Source of the DNA: Verrucomicrobiota bacterium
GTDB lineage: Bacteria; Auribacterota; JABMQX01; JAFGEW01
Reading direction: 5' to 3'
Length of the DNA stretch: 64,000 nt
NCBI GenBank assembly: GCA_016931415.1
Contig: JAFGEW010000027.1
Span: 4,550 to 68,549, forward strand
Made by a program: the position numbers and the translations under genes. Positions 1 to 11,698 of this stretch are shown piece after piece; the first letter of the stretch is position 1; every line of letters begins with the position of its first letter. The notes under the pieces are model-generated. The model was not told the origin of the DNA. It did no database searches and was given only the letters and a program-made list of their open reading frames with translations.

Positions 1-5
1 AGGAG

Positions 6-599
6 ATGATGATGCTTGCCTCCGGCGCACGTGCGCGCCACGCGCTGCGCGTCAAGAACGACTCCGAGGTGCCGCTCACCACCGGCCCGGCCCTCATCCT
101 CGCCGAGGGAAGTCGGACGGGTGGCCAACTGCTTGCCCAGAGCTTGATCCGCTACACATCGGTCGGCAACGAGGTCGATGTTGACGTCACGGTCGCCACC
201 GATCTCCACACCAAGAAGTGGGAGCAGCAGACCGGCCGAGAGGACAACGCCAAGGTCATCAACGGCCACAACTTCACGCGCCTCAACATGCGCGGTTTCC
301 TCGAACTGACCAACTACAAGAAGGAACCGGTCACCGTCGAGGTCACGCGCGCCGTGCTCGGTACCCTCACCGAGTCCGACAACGACGGCGAGCTCTTGCA
401 GATCAACGCCTTCGAGGACTGGTCCTACCTGCCCGAGGGCTCCGGGGCGAACTGGCGTTCCTGGTATTGCCGTTGGTGGGGCAACTGGCCGTCGTGGTGG
501 CACAACGCCAACGACATCGGCCAGGTCAAGTGGACCATCACTCTCAACCCGGGCGAGAAGCGCACGCTCGGATACACGTGGTACTACTACGCGTGGTGA
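6..599 (+). CDS. Hypothetical Trp-rich protein (C-terminal WWGNWPSWWH / YTWYYYAW). AGGAG sits at window positions 1-5, so the gene may start at one of the first ATGs or continue upstream of the window.
   Basis: Long ORF with GC3-rich codons and no recognisable family motif. Converges on the small membrane protein gene on the minus strand. Confidence 0.4.
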   Translation: MMMLASGARARHALRVKNDSEVPLTTGPALILAEGSRTGGQLLAQSLIRYTSVGNEVDVDVTVATDLHTKKWEQQTGREDNAKVINGHNFTRLNMRGFLELTNYKKEPVTVEVTRAVLGTLTESDNDGELLQINAFEDWSYLPEGSGANWRSWYCRWWGNWPSWWHNANDIGQVKWTITLNPGEKRTLGYTWYYYAW

Positions 600-996
600 G
601 CGATTCACGCCACGGCGTAAGGTACAGGAATGCCGTGTCGCCGTCTTTGATCTCGGGAACTTGGAACTGCGGGTACGCGAGGCCCTGCTCAATAATGTCG
701 AAGATCCCCTCGTTTCTCGCGACGGTGTCGGCGGCAAGCGCATCATCCCAGCCGTCGCCGACAAGAAGGCCTTCGAGACGTTTGTTGTCGTTGTAGTGCG
801 TGGGCCAGTCAAGGGCAGCCACCGCGTCGGCGAAGAAGGTGAAGGCGTTCTCCGAGTCGGGAATCCGTTCGGAGGTGGGGCGCAGGTCGGCATCGTCGGG
901 CGCGAGGGCGTCGACCAAAGCCCAGATGCTGAACAGGGCGAACAGGGACAGAACAATGATGGAGGCAATGATGATCCGCTTCCGGCCCAACGTCAT
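544..996 (-). CDS. Small membrane-anchored hypothetical protein (N-terminal TM helix IIIASIIVLSLFALFSIWALV).
   Basis: Start chosen at M46 (MTLGRKR...) of ORF 544..1131. It has one hydrophobic helix and no motif. It lies downstream of, and co-oriented with, hybrid kinase 1. Confidence 0.35.
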   Translation of the reverse strand: MTLGRKRIIIASIIVLSLFALFSIWALVDALAPDDADLRPTSERIPDSENAFTFFADAVAALDWPTHYNDNKRLEGLLVGDGWDDALAADTVARNEGIFDIIEQGLAYPQFQVPEIKDGDTAFLYLTPWRESLTTRSSTTCIRACASRPG

Positions 997-1127
997 AATC
1001 GAGTCTCCCAGCTCCGTCACGCTCGCCGCCGTGATGCGAGCAGCCGCATGCCGTTTGCCGCGGCGCACAGGTGCCTGCACTGAGACTAGCAGGGAACGGC
1101 TACCTGGCCAGGTCGCGAGGAGCGGAA

Positions 1128-4100
1128 TCATGCACCGGCGGGAGGCCTCCTGGACTCGAAATGGGCCTGAATGGCGCGGAGCCGCTCAATAAGCGGGCCG
1201 ATGGAGTCGAGATCGCCGGCCTTGCCAAGCTCCTCGATCCGGGCGCCGATCTCGCTGATCTCGGGGAAGCCGTACGAGGCGCCGCTGCCCTTGAGCCGGT
1301 GGCCGAGCCCGCCGAGTCCGGCCGCGTCGTCCTGCACCGCGAGCGCGTCGAACTCGGCCAGCACGCCGGCAAAGGCGTCCATGTATTCGCCGCGCAATTC
1401 CTCGAGGAGCCCGCTGAACTGCTCATCGGCCTCGACCTGGGTGGCCGGTGCCGACGTCGACGGCGCGAGGCGCGGAGCGGGCTGCGCCGCAGGCGTTGCG
1501 ACCACCTTGCCGACGCCGCCGGCATGCGCCGGCACATGGCGGTGCGCAAGCACACGCCTCATCTCGCCAAAGAGCTCCATCTTCTCGATGGGCTTGGAGG
1601 CGAAACCGTCGCACCCGGCGGCCATAGCTTGATCGCGGTCGACTTCCATTGCCGAGGCCGTCAGCGCCACGATCGGCAGATCGGCCAAGTCCGGATCGGT
1701 CTTGATCGCGCTGGTGGCCTCATGACCGCTCATCACGGGCATGTGCATGTCCATCAGAATGATGTCGGGGCGCCGGCGCGCCTGCTCGACGGCCTGGCGG
1801 CCGTCTTCGGCGATGAGTACGGTGCAGCCGTGGTTCTCCAGCAGCCGGGTGATAAGACGGCGGTTGAACACGTCGTCCTCGGCCACCAACACGCGCAAGC
1901 CCTCACATTGCAGGTCCGGCCGGGTGTGGGACGCGTCCTGCCCGGTCTGCACCTCGCTTTGAACCGGCGCCCACGGGAAGGTCAGCGTGAAGGTCGAGCC
2001 GACGCCCGGCGTGCTCTCGACGCTGATCGTGCCGCCGATCAGCTCGGCGAAACGCCTGCACAATGTCAGGCCAAGCCCGGTGCCGCCGAAACGGCGCGTT
2101 GTGCTCGCATCGGCCTGAGTGAACGGCTGGAAGACCGCGTCGAGCTTGTCGGCGGCGATGCCGATGCCGGTGTCAATCACGGCCAGCTCGATAAGCGCCG
2201 CGCGGCACCGCACGCGAACAGTGATCGAGCCCTGCTCGGTGAACTTCGCGGCGTTCGACAGCAGGTTGGTCAGGATCTGGCGGACTTTGACTTGGTCGGC
2301 GCGGATGGCGTCCGGCACATCGGGAGCGATGTCGGTAACAAGCACGATCCCGTTCTTGGAGCAGCGGGCGCGCACCAGGTCCGTGCTGTTGGCAACAAGC
2401 CCGTGGAGGGAGAAGTCCACCTCCTCGATCGTCATGCGCCCAGCCTCGACTTTGGACAGGTCGAGAATATCGTTGATGAGCGCCAACAGGTTGGTGCCGC
2501 TCGTGTTGATCATGCTGACGGTCTCGCGTTGCTCGGGCGTGAGCGCCTCTTCGAGCAGCAGCGTCGAGAACCCGATAATGGCGTTCATCGGCGTGCGGAT
2601 CTCGTGGCTCATATTGGCCAGGAAACGGCTCTTGGCCTCGTTGGCCGCTTCCGCCGAACGTTTGGCCTGCTCGAGCGCCTCGGCCTGCTTTCGCTCGGTA
2701 ACGTCCTGGAGCACCGTGGCAAACTGGCCGGGCGCCGGAGCGAACACCGAGGCCATGCAGTGCTTGCCCAGCGGCTCGATGTACTGCTCGACAAACACGG
2801 AGCGCTGGGTGGCTATCATCTGGTGGTACAGATCGAGGAACGGGGGCGCTCCCGAGCTGAACAGCTCGGAGCCGCGCTTGCCGAGCACTTGGGCACGCGT
2901 CACGCCGGCGAGCGTCTCGAAGGCCGGGTTGATGTCGAGCACGACGTAGTCGACGGCGCTGCCATCATCACCGCTGACGACCTCGTGCAGGGCGACGCCC
3001 TCGGTCATGGCGGCAAACATGCCGCGGAACCGCTCCTCGCTCCGCCGCAGGGCCTCCTCGGCCCGGAGCCGCTCGGTGATGTCGCGCGAGAGGGCGAGGA
3101 GAATCTCGCGCTCGCCCCATCCAACCTTGGAGACGCGCGTCTCGACGGGGATAAGGGTGCCGTCCTTCGCCATGAGCGGCACGGGGCAGGTCTGGCGCGT
3201 GCCGGCAAGCATATCGGTAATGATGACGGCGCTTTCGGCCCGGCGTTCAGGCGGGTGGACATCGAGCACGTCCATGCCCTGGAGTTCGCGGGCCGAGTAG
3301 CCGAGGCGCTTTTCGACAACCGGGTTGACCTGCACGATGCGCGCGCTCGCATCGAGAATGAACAGGAAGTCCTCCATGCCGTTGAACAGCGTCTGGAGTT
3401 TGTCGTGGCTCTCGCGCACGGCGGTCTCGGCATGCCGGATCTCGTCCGTGCGGCGCTCCACCTCGGCGATCATGGCGTTGATGCTTCGCTGCAACTGCCC
3501 CAGCTCATCGGCCCACGTCTTGGACGAGAGTCGCGCTCCGAGGTCGCCTGCCTCGACGCGCCGCAGGCAGCGCACGGTCTGGCCGATGCGCCAGCCCGTC
3601 AGCGTGTGCACCAGAAACACCCCGGCCAGCGTCGTGAGCACCACACAGACGACCGAGCTCAACGCAAAGGACACGGCGGTCGCCCGCTTCTCGGCCGCCG
3701 AGCGGCTCGTGTTCACCTCGAGGTAAAGGTAGCCGATGAGCTTGTCGCCCGAATGCAGCGGCGTGAGCGTCGAGACGTAGGTCTTGCCGTCGCGCCGGAA
3801 CCACCGCGTCTGGCCTGTCGCGGCGTCGGTCTTCCAGTCCGTTTCGGCTCCGAGCACGGCGCTTGCGTACCGGCCTTCGAGGGCCGGGTCTGAGGCATAG
3901 AACAGCCTGCCGTCGGGCCGCACGACGAAGGCCTGCTCAACGTTCTCGCCAACGAGACGTTCGAGCGCCGCCCGGTCGCGCACCGCGTCGTAGTTGAGCG
4001 CCTGCTCCGCCATGAGCGTGCCTGGGATCTGCATCTTGGTGCGGACCTGGGTGTCGAGTTCGCGGCTGTAGTGGCCGACGTAGTGGAAGCCCAGCAGAAC

Positions 4101-4172
4101 AAAGACCAACGTCTCCATCATGAAGATGGCGAAGCTGATCTTGAATGCAAGGCTATGAACGAACCGCCGCAT
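1128..4172 (-). CDS. Hybrid sensor histidine kinase with domain order TM, HAMP, 2x PAS, HisKA, HATPase_c, REC, Hpt.
   Basis: H-box [18 protein letters not shown]; G-box [13 protein letters not shown]; receiver domain [12 protein letters not shown]...[14 protein letters not shown]...VALTASAM; C-terminal Hpt [12 protein letters not shown]. Start chosen at M22 (MRRFVHS) ahead of the TM segment. Confidence 0.85.
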   Translation of the reverse strand: MRRFVHSLAFKISFAIFMMETLVFVLLGFHYVGHYSRELDTQVRTKMQIPGTLMAEQALNYDAVRDRAALERLVGENVEQAFVVRPDGRLFYASDPALEGRYASAVLGAETDWKTDAATGQTRWFRRDGKTYVSTLTPLHSGDKLIGYLYLEVNTSRSAAEKRATAVSFALSSVVCVVLTTLAGVFLVHTLTGWRIGQTVRCLRRVEAGDLGARLSSKTWADELGQLQRSINAMIAEVERRTDEIRHAETAVRESHDKLQTLFNGMEDFLFILDASARIVQVNPVVEKRLGYSARELQGMDVLDVHPPERRAESAVIITDMLAGTRQTCPVPLMAKDGTLIPVETRVSKVGWGEREILLALSRDITERLRAEEALRRSEERFRGMFAAMTEGVALHEVVSGDDGSAVDYVVLDINPAFETLAGVTRAQVLGKRGSELFSSGAPPFLDLYHQMIATQRSVFVEQYIEPLGKHCMASVFAPAPGQFATVLQDVTERKQAEALEQAKRSAEAANEAKSRFLANMSHEIRTPMNAIIGFSTLLLEEALTPEQRETVSMINTSGTNLLALINDILDLSKVEAGRMTIEEVDFSLHGLVANSTDLVRARCSKNGIVLVTDIAPDVPDAIRADQVKVRQILTNLLSNAAKFTEQGSITVRVRCRAALIELAVIDTGIGIAADKLDAVFQPFTQADASTTRRFGGTGLGLTLCRRFAELIGGTISVESTPGVGSTFTLTFPWAPVQSEVQTGQDASHTRPDLQCEGLRVLVAEDDVFNRRLITRLLENHGCTVLIAEDGRQAVEQARRRPDIILMDMHMPVMSGHEATSAIKTDPDLADLPIVALTASAMEVDRDQAMAAGCDGFASKPIEKMELFGEMRRVLAHRHVPAHAGGVGKVVATPAAQPAPRLAPSTSAPATQVEADEQFSGLLEELRGEYMDAFAGVLAEFDALAVQDDAAGLGGLGHRLKGSGASYGFPEISEIGARIEELGKAGDLDSIGPLIERLRAIQAHFESRRPPAGA

Positions 4173-4242
4173 CGCGATCACTCCGACGCCCCCGCACACG
4201 CCGATCCGACCGCCGGCGGCCGGATCGGCCCGCACGGACGGT

Positions 4243-5649
4243 CTACTTGCACTCGGCCATCACCGCGTCGTAGGCCTGCTGGGCTGTCGTTTCGCCAGCG
4301 AGCAAGCGGACGACCTGCTCGTTGACCACATGCCCGAGCAGCTTGTTTTCCTCGCCGAGAATAAAGCCAACGTCATCGCTGAAATACAGCCGGCCCCCAT
4401 AGGTCGTGTTGACCCGAGCCTGAAACTGCTCGAACTGGTCTGTGCCCGCGGTCGAGGTTTCCAGGTTGCCGCGCAGCCCCGTGGGTGCCTTGGTGTAGCG
4501 CACCCACTTCTCGGCCACCTTCGGCTGGCACCAGAACTGAAGCAGCCGCACGGCCGCGTCGCGGTTGGGCGCGTTCTTGAACACGGCAAACTGCGGCGTG
4601 TAGCTGCCCATGTAGAAGTCGGTCGGCGCCAACACGGGCAGTTCGGCCGGCACCATCTTCATCGTCTTGGTCTCGTTGAGGTTCATCCAATGGCTATACA
4701 TCCACGAGCCATTGACATAGAAAAGCGCCTGGCCATCGAGCACCAGCCCGCGCGTGTCGAACCACACGTTGTCGTTGTACGAGCCGATCAGCGGCTGGTA
4801 CCGGCCGATCTCCTCGAGGGCCTGGAGCGTCTTGAGCAACGAGGCCCGCTTGCCCTCCGAAGCGGTCTTCTGCCTCAGCTCGTCGTAGTCGCCCACGGCT
4901 GAGGCGAACAGGTGGCGGAACAGGTACTCGGTCGTGCGCCAGTCTTTGGCCTCGTAGAGTGCGGCGATTGAAGTCCCGTGCGTCGCGTTGTAGTCGTGTA
5001 CGGCGCGCACGTAGCCGACGAGGTCCTCCAACGTCATGCCATGCTGCTTGATCTTCAGGCCGAGATCTCTGGCCACCTCGCTGTTGAACCACAGCATGCA
5101 GTAGAACCCCTCGATGTACGGCCCGACGTAGGTCCCGCCGAAGGCCTCGCGGTACATCGGATCCTCGCTGATGCACGGCTTCTGTGTGGCCAGGAAGCCG
5201 TCGATCTCCCCGAAATCCACCAGGTACTTCTGGCCCCACAACGGGTCGTCAAGCAGCGCGGCCACGTCGCGGTACTGCCCGGTGTTGACCGGCACAATGT
5301 CCCACTCATAGTTGCCGCTCCGAATCATCTCGACGATCTTGGCGGCGACGCACTTCTCGTTGGGCAGTCCGGCTTCCTGATGGAACGCAAAATTGAGGAC
5401 CAAGTCCGGGTTGAGAAAACCGAACTCTTGCGCGAGCTCACGGACGAACGTTTCGCGCTTGTGCTCGCCCATCCACCGGGCCATCCAATTCAGAGACGCC
5501 GTCGTGGGCATCGTCGGACCGCTCGGGCCCGTCCCGTCAAGCACCGGCGTGCCCGCCGGGCCCGTTGTCCGCTGCGACGGCCAGAGCAGGAAGAGCGCCA
5601 GGCCGGCGACCAACACAGTGGTGCCCACGGCAATCCAGGTACGATTCAT
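4243..5649 (-). CDS. Extracellular solute-binding protein (ABC-type family 1, sugar-binding-like) with an N-terminal signal anchor.
   Basis: N-terminal TM/signal [23 protein letters not shown]. About 450 aa with the alpha/beta periplasmic-binding-protein flavour. Encoded between the two hybrid kinases. No cognate ABC permease or ATPase genes are adjacent. Confidence 0.65.
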   Translation of the reverse strand: MNRTWIAVGTTVLVAGLALFLLWPSQRTTGPAGTPVLDGTGPSGPTMPTTASLNWMARWMGEHKRETFVRELAQEFGFLNPDLVLNFAFHQEAGLPNEKCVAAKIVEMIRSGNYEWDIVPVNTGQYRDVAALLDDPLWGQKYLVDFGEIDGFLATQKPCISEDPMYREAFGGTYVGPYIEGFYCMLWFNSEVARDLGLKIKQHGMTLEDLVGYVRAVHDYNATHGTSIAALYEAKDWRTTEYLFRHLFASAVGDYDELRQKTASEGKRASLLKTLQALEEIGRYQPLIGSYNDNVWFDTRGLVLDGQALFYVNGSWMYSHWMNLNETKTMKMVPAELPVLAPTDFYMGSYTPQFAVFKNAPNRDAAVRLLQFWCQPKVAEKWVRYTKAPTGLRGNLETSTAGTDQFEQFQARVNTTYGGRLYFSDDVGFILGEENKLLGHVVNEQVVRLLAGETTAQQAYDAVMAECK

Positions 5650-5652
5650 CGT

Positions 5653-7890
5653 CTAACCCTCCTTGGGAGCGGCCACAGGGACCCGCGCCCGGTTGTATGC
5701 GGTATGGATCTCGCGGAGCCGCTCGACCAGCGGCGCGATCGGATCGAGCTTCGCCTGCCTGCCGAGCTGCTCGATCTGGGCGCCCAACTCGCTGATCTCG
5801 GGGAACCCGTACGAGGCGCCGTTGCCCTTGAGCCGGTGGCCAAGTCCGCCGACCGCGGCGGGATCCTGTTGGGCGATGAGCGCGTCGAGCTCGGCGAGCA
5901 CACCGGCAAACGCCGCCATGTACTCGCTACGCAGCTCCGCCATAAGCGAGTCGAAACCCGCCTCCACGGCCGCGCCCGATGCCGCCTGGCTGTCGGACGA
6001 CGCCCGCGGCACGGCCGTCGTGCCGCGCACCCCGAGCACACGCTGCATCTCGGAAAACAACTCGTCGGTCTTGACGGGCTTGGCGACGAAACCGTCGCAG
6101 CCGACGGCAAGCGCCTTCTTGCGGTCGCTTGCCATGGCCGAGGCCGTGAGCGCGATGATGGGGATCGCGGCCGTCCTGTCATCGGTTTTCAGGGCACGCG
6201 TCGCGTCGTGCCCGCTCATGACCGGCATGTGCATGTCCATGAGCACGAGGTCGGGCCGATCGGCAACCAGCGCGACGGCCTCGGCGCCCGTGGCGGCAAA
6301 GGCGGGGATACAGCCATGATTCTCAAGCAGGCGACGTATGAAGCGGCGATTGAACTCATCGTCCTCGGCCACGAGCACGCGTAGCCCGTCGAAGGTCAGC
6401 GACGCCGACGGGGATACCGGCTGCGCGGACAAGCCGGTGCCCGGCCTGAACGGGAACGACATGGTGAACGTCGACCCTTCACCCGGTGTGCTCTCGAGGC
6501 GGATCGTGCCGCCCAACAGCGCCATGTAGCGCCTGCACAGCGTCAGCCCGAGCCCGGTTCCGCCAAACCGGCGCGTTGTCCCCTCGTCGGCCTGCGTGAA
6601 GGGCTGGAAGATGTGTTCGATCTTGTCGGCCTGGATGCCGATGCCGCTGTCCCTGACGTCAACCTTGATGGCGTTGCCCTGCCGCGAGGCGTGCACGAGG
6701 ATCGAGCCGCTCTCGGTGAACTTCACCGCGTTCGACAACAGGTTGTTCAGCGTCTGTCGCACCTTCACCTCGTCGGAGCGAACCGTCGCCGGCAGGCTCT
6801 CTCCGAGTTTGACGCTGAGCGCGATCCCCTTGGCCGAGGCCCGATTGCGGAACAGGCTCACGCAGTTACGCACGAGCGCGCTCAGGTCGAAATCGACTTC
6901 CTCGATGGTCATGCTGCCGGCTTCCACCTTGGACAAGTCGAGGATGTCGTTGAGAAGCACGAGCAGATTGCTGCCGCTCGTGTGGATGATCTCGACCGTC
7001 TCGTGTTGCTCGGGCGTCAGTTCCTCCTCGAGCAGCAAGGTCGAAAAGCCGATGATGGCGTTCATCGGCGTGCGGATCTCATGGCTCATGTTGGCCAGGA
7101 ACTGGCTCTTGGCCTCGGAGGCGGCGCGCGCCTCGCGCGTTTTGGTCTCGAGGTCGCGTGTGCGGTCATGGACCAATTCCTCGAGGTGGGCGCGATGCTG
7201 CTCAAGCTCGGCATCGCGTTTCTGGATCTGCGCCACCATCGAGTTGAATCCCTCGTGGAGCACGCCGAGCTCATCACGGCTCGTGCTCGCCACTCGGATC
7301 GAGTAGTCCCCGTCGATCGAGATGTGCTGCGTGGCCTTGGCAAGCCGCATGATCGGGTCCGCGATGAGGCGCTGGAGCGCTAATCCGAGCAGGACGGAGG
7401 CGCCCAGCGAGCTGCTCACCACGGCGGCCATGATGTACAGCGCCTGCATAATGCGCGCGCGCACCTCGCCCAAGTGGGCGCGCAAGAACACGGTGCCGAC
7501 CTGCTCGCCCTCGAGCACGATTGGGCTGAACACCTCGAGGTGCTTGTTGCGGAACCAGGCGCCACTCTCCCCCACCGGCGGCACGGGGCCCGGCGTGCGC
7601 CCGGCATGGTACGTGGCAAACGGCGCGCCAAGACCGTCATAGACGCACGCATCGACCACAACCGCCTCGTGGCGGAGCGAGGCAAGGGTCTCGTTCGCCG
7701 CACGCGCATCATCGAAGGCAAGTGCCGCCGCCGTGTTGTCGCCGAGCACGCCGGCCAGTGTCGAGAGTGTGCGCACCATCGAGGCGCGCGTCACACGCAC
7801 CTCGTTCACCATAGACGTGGCCCCGGAGAGAAATACCGACACGGCGGCAATCAGCGCCAGGAGCAGCACCAGCTTCGTCTTGATCGACAT
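5653..7890 (-). CDS. Hybrid sensor histidine kinase with domain order periplasmic sensor domain, HAMP, HisKA, HATPase_c, REC, Hpt.
   Basis: H-box [24 protein letters not shown] and Hpt segments are closely paralogous to kinase 1 ([19 protein letters not shown]). Start chosen at M58 ([16 protein letters not shown]). Confidence 0.85.
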   Translation of the reverse strand: MSIKTKLVLLLALIAAVSVFLSGATSMVNEVRVTRASMVRTLSTLAGVLGDNTAAALAFDDARAANETLASLRHEAVVVDACVYDGLGAPFATYHAGRTPGPVPPVGESGAWFRNKHLEVFSPIVLEGEQVGTVFLRAHLGEVRARIMQALYIMAAVVSSSLGASVLLGLALQRLIADPIMRLAKATQHISIDGDYSIRVASTSRDELGVLHEGFNSMVAQIQKRDAELEQHRAHLEELVHDRTRDLETKTREARAASEAKSQFLANMSHEIRTPMNAIIGFSTLLLEEELTPEQHETVEIIHTSGSNLLVLLNDILDLSKVEAGSMTIEEVDFDLSALVRNCVSLFRNRASAKGIALSVKLGESLPATVRSDEVKVRQTLNNLLSNAVKFTESGSILVHASRQGNAIKVDVRDSGIGIQADKIEHIFQPFTQADEGTTRRFGGTGLGLTLCRRYMALLGGTIRLESTPGEGSTFTMSFPFRPGTGLSAQPVSPSASLTFDGLRVLVAEDDEFNRRFIRRLLENHGCIPAFAATGAEAVALVADRPDLVLMDMHMPVMSGHDATRALKTDDRTAAIPIIALTASAMASDRKKALAVGCDGFVAKPVKTDELFSEMQRVLGVRGTTAVPRASSDSQAASGAAVEAGFDSLMAELRSEYMAAFAGVLAELDALIAQQDPAAVGGLGHRLKGNGASYGFPEISELGAQIEQLGRQAKLDPIAPLVERLREIHTAYNRARVPVAAPKEG

Positions 7891-7909
7891 GGCACTGAAG
7901 CCGCGCACG

Positions 7910-8497
7910 TCAGTCCTCCTTGGTGGCCTTGACAAGGCGCGCCAGCCGCAGCAGCTTCGAGCTGATCTTGAGCCCCGCGCGCTCGGCAGCCGCCGGGTTG
8001 ACTTCGAGCCGCACCTTGTTGTCTTCGATGACCAGACCGAGCGCTCCGCCCGCCTGGGCAAACCCTTTGGTGTCGGCCACGAGCAACACCGGCGTGTCTC
8101 GTAGTCTCTCGATCACGCCGGCGATGCGGCTGTGCTCGGAGACTGCGACAAACAAGATGTGGCACGGCGTGTAGGCCTCGAGGGTCTCGAAACGGCGCAC
8201 GATGATCCGCTTGTCGCCGACCTTCTTGGTCGCTGCAATCTCGTCGAGGAAGGTCCCGAAAGGATCGGAGCCGAGCACGCCGATCACGAACACGTCGGGC
8301 GTCTCGGGTACGGCGGTTGCCGGCCATTCGACGAACAGGGCGGCCTTATACAGAAACGCTGCCTTGATCTGGTACTCGCGGGCCACCAGCTCGGACGCGC
8401 CGGCGCGCCCCGCCATGGCAAACACAGCCGCCAACGCGATCAGGCCGGCGACTGCGGCGGTTGGACACAGCATCAAGGCCGTTCTGCGCAGCATCAC
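7910..8497 (-). CDS. DUF4154 / YfiR-like periplasmic protein.
   Basis: Signal peptide followed by conserved [18 protein letters not shown] ... CHILFV ... LLVADT ... ISSKLLRLA, typical of YfiR-family proteins linked to TonB-dependent receptors and sensor kinases. Confidence 0.7.
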   Translation of the reverse strand: MMLRRTALMLCPTAAVAGLIALAAVFAMAGRAGASELVAREYQIKAAFLYKAALFVEWPATAVPETPDVFVIGVLGSDPFGTFLDEIAATKKVGDKRIIVRRFETLEAYTPCHILFVAVSEHSRIAGVIERLRDTPVLLVADTKGFAQAGGALGLVIEDNKVRLEVNPAAAERAGLKISSKLLRLARLVKATKED

Positions 8498-8501
8498 CGT
8501 C

Positions 8502-9182
8502 TCAGCTCCCTGCCCAGAGGGCCTGCCGCCAACGGCTCGACGGGCCCCTGGCCGATGCCAGCTTGGTCAGCGCGAGGATCATCCCGCGCCCCCCGGCCTC
8601 GCCCTGGACAAGGCGGGCCAGCCGAAGGAGTTTCGAGCTGATTCTGAGCCCGGCCCGCTCGGCGGCTGCCTGGTTGATCTCGAACCGGACCTTCCTCTCC
8701 TCGAGTACGAGGTTGACCATGCCTCCCGCCTCGGCGAACCCCCCGGTGTCGCCCACGATGAGCACAGCGGCACCGGCAAGCCGCTTGAGCACAACCGGCA
8801 GATGCTCGCGCTCCGACGCGGCGACGAACAGGATGTGGCACGGCGTGTAGCCGTCGAGCGTGGCGAACCGCCGCACGACGATCCGCTTGCCCCGGACGGT
8901 CCTGGACGCGGCGATCGAGTCAAGCTCTGGCCCGAAGGGGTCTTTGCCGAGCACGCCGATGATGAACGTGTCGCCCGCGTCGGGCACGGCGTCCTCGGGC
9001 CAGTCGACGAACGTGGCGAAGTTGTACAGAAAGGCCGCCTTGACCTCGTACTCGCGCGCGGCGCTCTCGCCTTCGCTGGCGAGGACCGGGATCGTGGCGC
9101 ACAGCCACAGCAGCACCACGGCGATGACCGCCGCGGCACTGCGCGTCGGGTCTCGAAGGCCTCTGTCCTTCGTCACGTTCAT
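8502..9182 (-). CDS. DUF4154 / YfiR-like periplasmic protein, a tandem paralog of the preceding gene.
   Basis: Same motif set ([43 protein letters not shown]), giving clear paralogy with 7910..8497. Confidence 0.7.
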   Translation of the reverse strand: MNVTKDRGLRDPTRSAAAVIAVVLLWLCATIPVLASEGESAAREYEVKAAFLYNFATFVDWPEDAVPDAGDTFIIGVLGKDPFGPELDSIAASRTVRGKRIVVRRFATLDGYTPCHILFVAASEREHLPVVLKRLAGAAVLIVGDTGGFAEAGGMVNLVLEERKVRFEINQAAAERAGLRISSKLLRLARLVQGEAGGRGMILALTKLASARGPSSRWRQALWAGS

Positions 9183-9201
9183 GTCAGACGGTCCCCGAGT
9201 G

Positions 9202-11211
9202 TCAGAAGCGGTAAACCAGCTTCAGGCGAAAGCTGCGCCCATCCTGGTCAATGATGTCCTGGATGTGCTCCTCCGACCCTGGATGCCCATAGCGCGTGTC
9301 GAACACGTTGTAGATGCTTGCCGAGAGGCTCAGCCCGTCGGCGAGGTGCGCCGCCACCAGGGTGAGGTTAGCCACGACGAAATCGTCGGCCTCGTTGCCC
9401 CCCAGCGTCAGCCGCGTACCCGTGTAGCGGACTTCGAGGCCGGTGGAAAGCCGTTGGCCGGCGAGAGGCGCCCGTAGCTTGAACTTCGCCAGGTGTCTGG
9501 GCGAGTTGGTCAGCCGCGCGCCGGTTTCACTGTTGGTCGTCTCTTGATAACTGTAACTCGCCGTGGCGCGCGCGCCGGAGCGCCAAGCGCGTTCGAGCTC
9601 GAACTCGACACCATGCGACTCGGCCTGATCGATGTTCATGAAGAAGAGCAGCCCGTCGTCGGGGTCCTCGACCTGGTTGATCAGATCGTCGAGTTCGTAG
9701 CGGAACCCGGCCACCGTGAGCCGCAGCGCCTTGCTGAGCACCTGTTCGAGAACGACCTCGTAGGTCGTGATTGTCTCCGGCCCCAGCTCGGCGTTCCGTC
9801 GTTGGGTGATGGCGTAGTCCTCGTAGTACAGCTCGTAGACGCTCGGGGCACGAAACGCCTCGCCATAGAGAAACTTGAGCGTCGTGCGAGCGCCCGCCGC
9901 ATAGATGAGGGCCAAGCGTGGATTGGTGCTGCCGCCGAAGGTCTCGAAATGGTCGTGGCGCACGCCGGCGTTGACGATGAGCGCGTCGGCGAGCATCCAC
10001 TCGTCCTGCGCATAGACGCCCCAGTTGACGCTGCTCCGCTGGTCGTCAAGATAGACCACTTCATCGAAGTTGAGCTGATCCTGGCGGTAGTTGTTCTGGA
10101 CCTCCGCGCCGACGGTGAGCCGGTGGCGCGCCGAGACCGGCTTGCTGAGCTGAGCCTCGCCGCCGTACCAGCGGCCCCAGACGAAGTCCGTGTTGACCAG
10201 GATGCGCGAAAGATCCCCCGCCTCCGAAGCGTCCCAGGGGTACTCGCCAGCGTAGTTGTACCAGCCGTATGAGAGCCGGGCGAGCGCCTCGAGCTCGCTG
10301 GGATAGGCGTGCATCCATGTCAGGTCGAGGCGGCCCTGCGCGTCAACCGTGAAGGTTCCATGCGCATCGAACAGCGTCTCCCAGGGCGCGGTCGGGATCA
10401 TCTTCTCCCGCCGGGCGTAAGCCGCCTGGAGCGAAAAGTCGCCGTACGAGATCAACCCGAATAACTGGTTGGAGGCATCGTCGTCGTCGGTGGTGCTGCC
10501 GTTGTTGGTCTCAGGCGAGTCGAATTCCTCGAAGAACAACCTCGGGCCCGCGCTGTCGTAGAGCGTGCCCGAGAGCAGCACCTCGAGGCCGTTCTCACGC
10601 CGCGTCGCGTAGGTGAACCGCCCCTTGAGCGTATCGTAGCTGGCCACCTCAGCGCTCGCCTCGGCCCCTTGCAGATCGCGCCCGTGCCTGGTGATAACAT
10701 TGACAACGGCGAACAACGCACCCGTGCCATAGAGCGACGATGAGGGCCCGCGCACGATCTCGACCCGGTCGATCAGATCGACGTCGATAATGGCTGCCGT
10801 GCCGAGGTAGGCTGCGCTGTAGATGTTCTCGTTGATACGGCTGCCGTTGACGAGCAGCAACACACGTGTGTTGTAGTCGCCGGGCCGCAAGAAGCCCCGC
10901 ACGCCCAAGTAGCTGTAGTTGCGATCGTAGGTGACGTAGAAGCCGCGCACCCCGTCGAGCAGCTCGCCCAGCGTCCGGTAGCCGTAGGCGCGGATGTCGC
11001 CGGCCGTCACGATTGTCACCGACGACGGTGCCTGGCGCACCTCCTGCTCGTGGCGCGAGGCGGTCACCACCACGTCAACGTCCATGAGCTCTTCGAGGCT
11101 CAGGTCAGTGAAGTCGGCGCCCTCGGCGTCGCTGTCCGCCGCCTGGGCGGAAGGAGCCGCCGTTGCAGCGATGACGCCGGCGAACAGCACACAGAGGACT
11201 TCGCGTCTCAT
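9202..11211 (-). CDS. TonB-dependent outer-membrane receptor.
   Basis: Signal peptide, then plug domain (DVVVTASR...SVTIVTAGDI...RVEIVRGPSSSLYGTGALFAVVN). The beta-barrel ends in an aromatic residue (LVYRF). Confidence 0.85.
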   Translation of the reverse strand: MRREVLCVLFAGVIAATAAPSAQAADSDAEGADFTDLSLEELMDVDVVVTASRHEQEVRQAPSSVTIVTAGDIRAYGYRTLGELLDGVRGFYVTYDRNYSYLGVRGFLRPGDYNTRVLLLVNGSRINENIYSAAYLGTAAIIDVDLIDRVEIVRGPSSSLYGTGALFAVVNVITRHGRDLQGAEASAEVASYDTLKGRFTYATRRENGLEVLLSGTLYDSAGPRLFFEEFDSPETNNGSTTDDDDASNQLFGLISYGDFSLQAAYARREKMIPTAPWETLFDAHGTFTVDAQGRLDLTWMHAYPSELEALARLSYGWYNYAGEYPWDASEAGDLSRILVNTDFVWGRWYGGEAQLSKPVSARHRLTVGAEVQNNYRQDQLNFDEVVYLDDQRSSVNWGVYAQDEWMLADALIVNAGVRHDHFETFGGSTNPRLALIYAAGARTTLKFLYGEAFRAPSVYELYYEDYAITQRRNAELGPETITTYEVVLEQVLSKALRLTVAGFRYELDDLINQVEDPDDGLLFFMNIDQAESHGVEFELERAWRSGARATASYSYQETTNSETGARLTNSPRHLAKFKLRAPLAGQRLSTGLEVRYTGTRLTLGGNEADDFVVANLTLVAAHLADGLSLSASIYNVFDTRYGHPGSEEHIQDIIDQDGRSFRLKLVYRF

Positions 11212-11698
11212 TGCCGTCTCCTGTCCCTATTCGGTATCTCCAGGTAATCGGGCATTTGTCGCAACCCGCGGCTGGGCCGACGCGCCGGTCAACTCCCCAC
11301 GGATGCGGTGAAGACGCACGGCAGGCATAGGGACAAGCCCGGCGGGGATATGCTCTGTGCAGCCCAGCGCGCTCGGGGGTGTTCCCGAGCTGGGCCGGTA
11401 ACAGTCGGCAGCGTGCGGAGTCCTCACTGTTGTTGCGGCAGCACGATCCGCTGCGACCATGTGTGTCTCTCTCCCTGCGGCGCGCCCCCGGGGCGGGCCG
11501 GCAGCTCTCTCTGGTGCGCGGGTGGGCGCGCCCCCCGGGGGAGAGGGCGCGCGCAGTCCGGTCGTGGTATCGGCACACTGGGGAGTCGCTTGAGCTGAAA
11601 CCCGACCCTCCGAGTCGGTTCCGAGTGCCGAACGGAAGGGTTGCCCGGATCGGACCTGACCTGTATCATCCGCGGGCACTGTCTTGGGAGGAAAGCGA

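Noticed and set aside
1071-3893. 940-aa plus-strand ORF antisense to hybrid kinase 1.
   Set aside because: Arg/Ala/Gly-rich shadow ORF typical of high-GC antisense frames. The minus-strand frame carries clear histidine-kinase motifs.
4978-6384. 468-aa plus-strand ORF overlapping the solute-binding-protein and kinase-2 genes.
   Set aside because: Low-complexity R/A/G/H composition and no motifs. Antisense to two well-supported genes.
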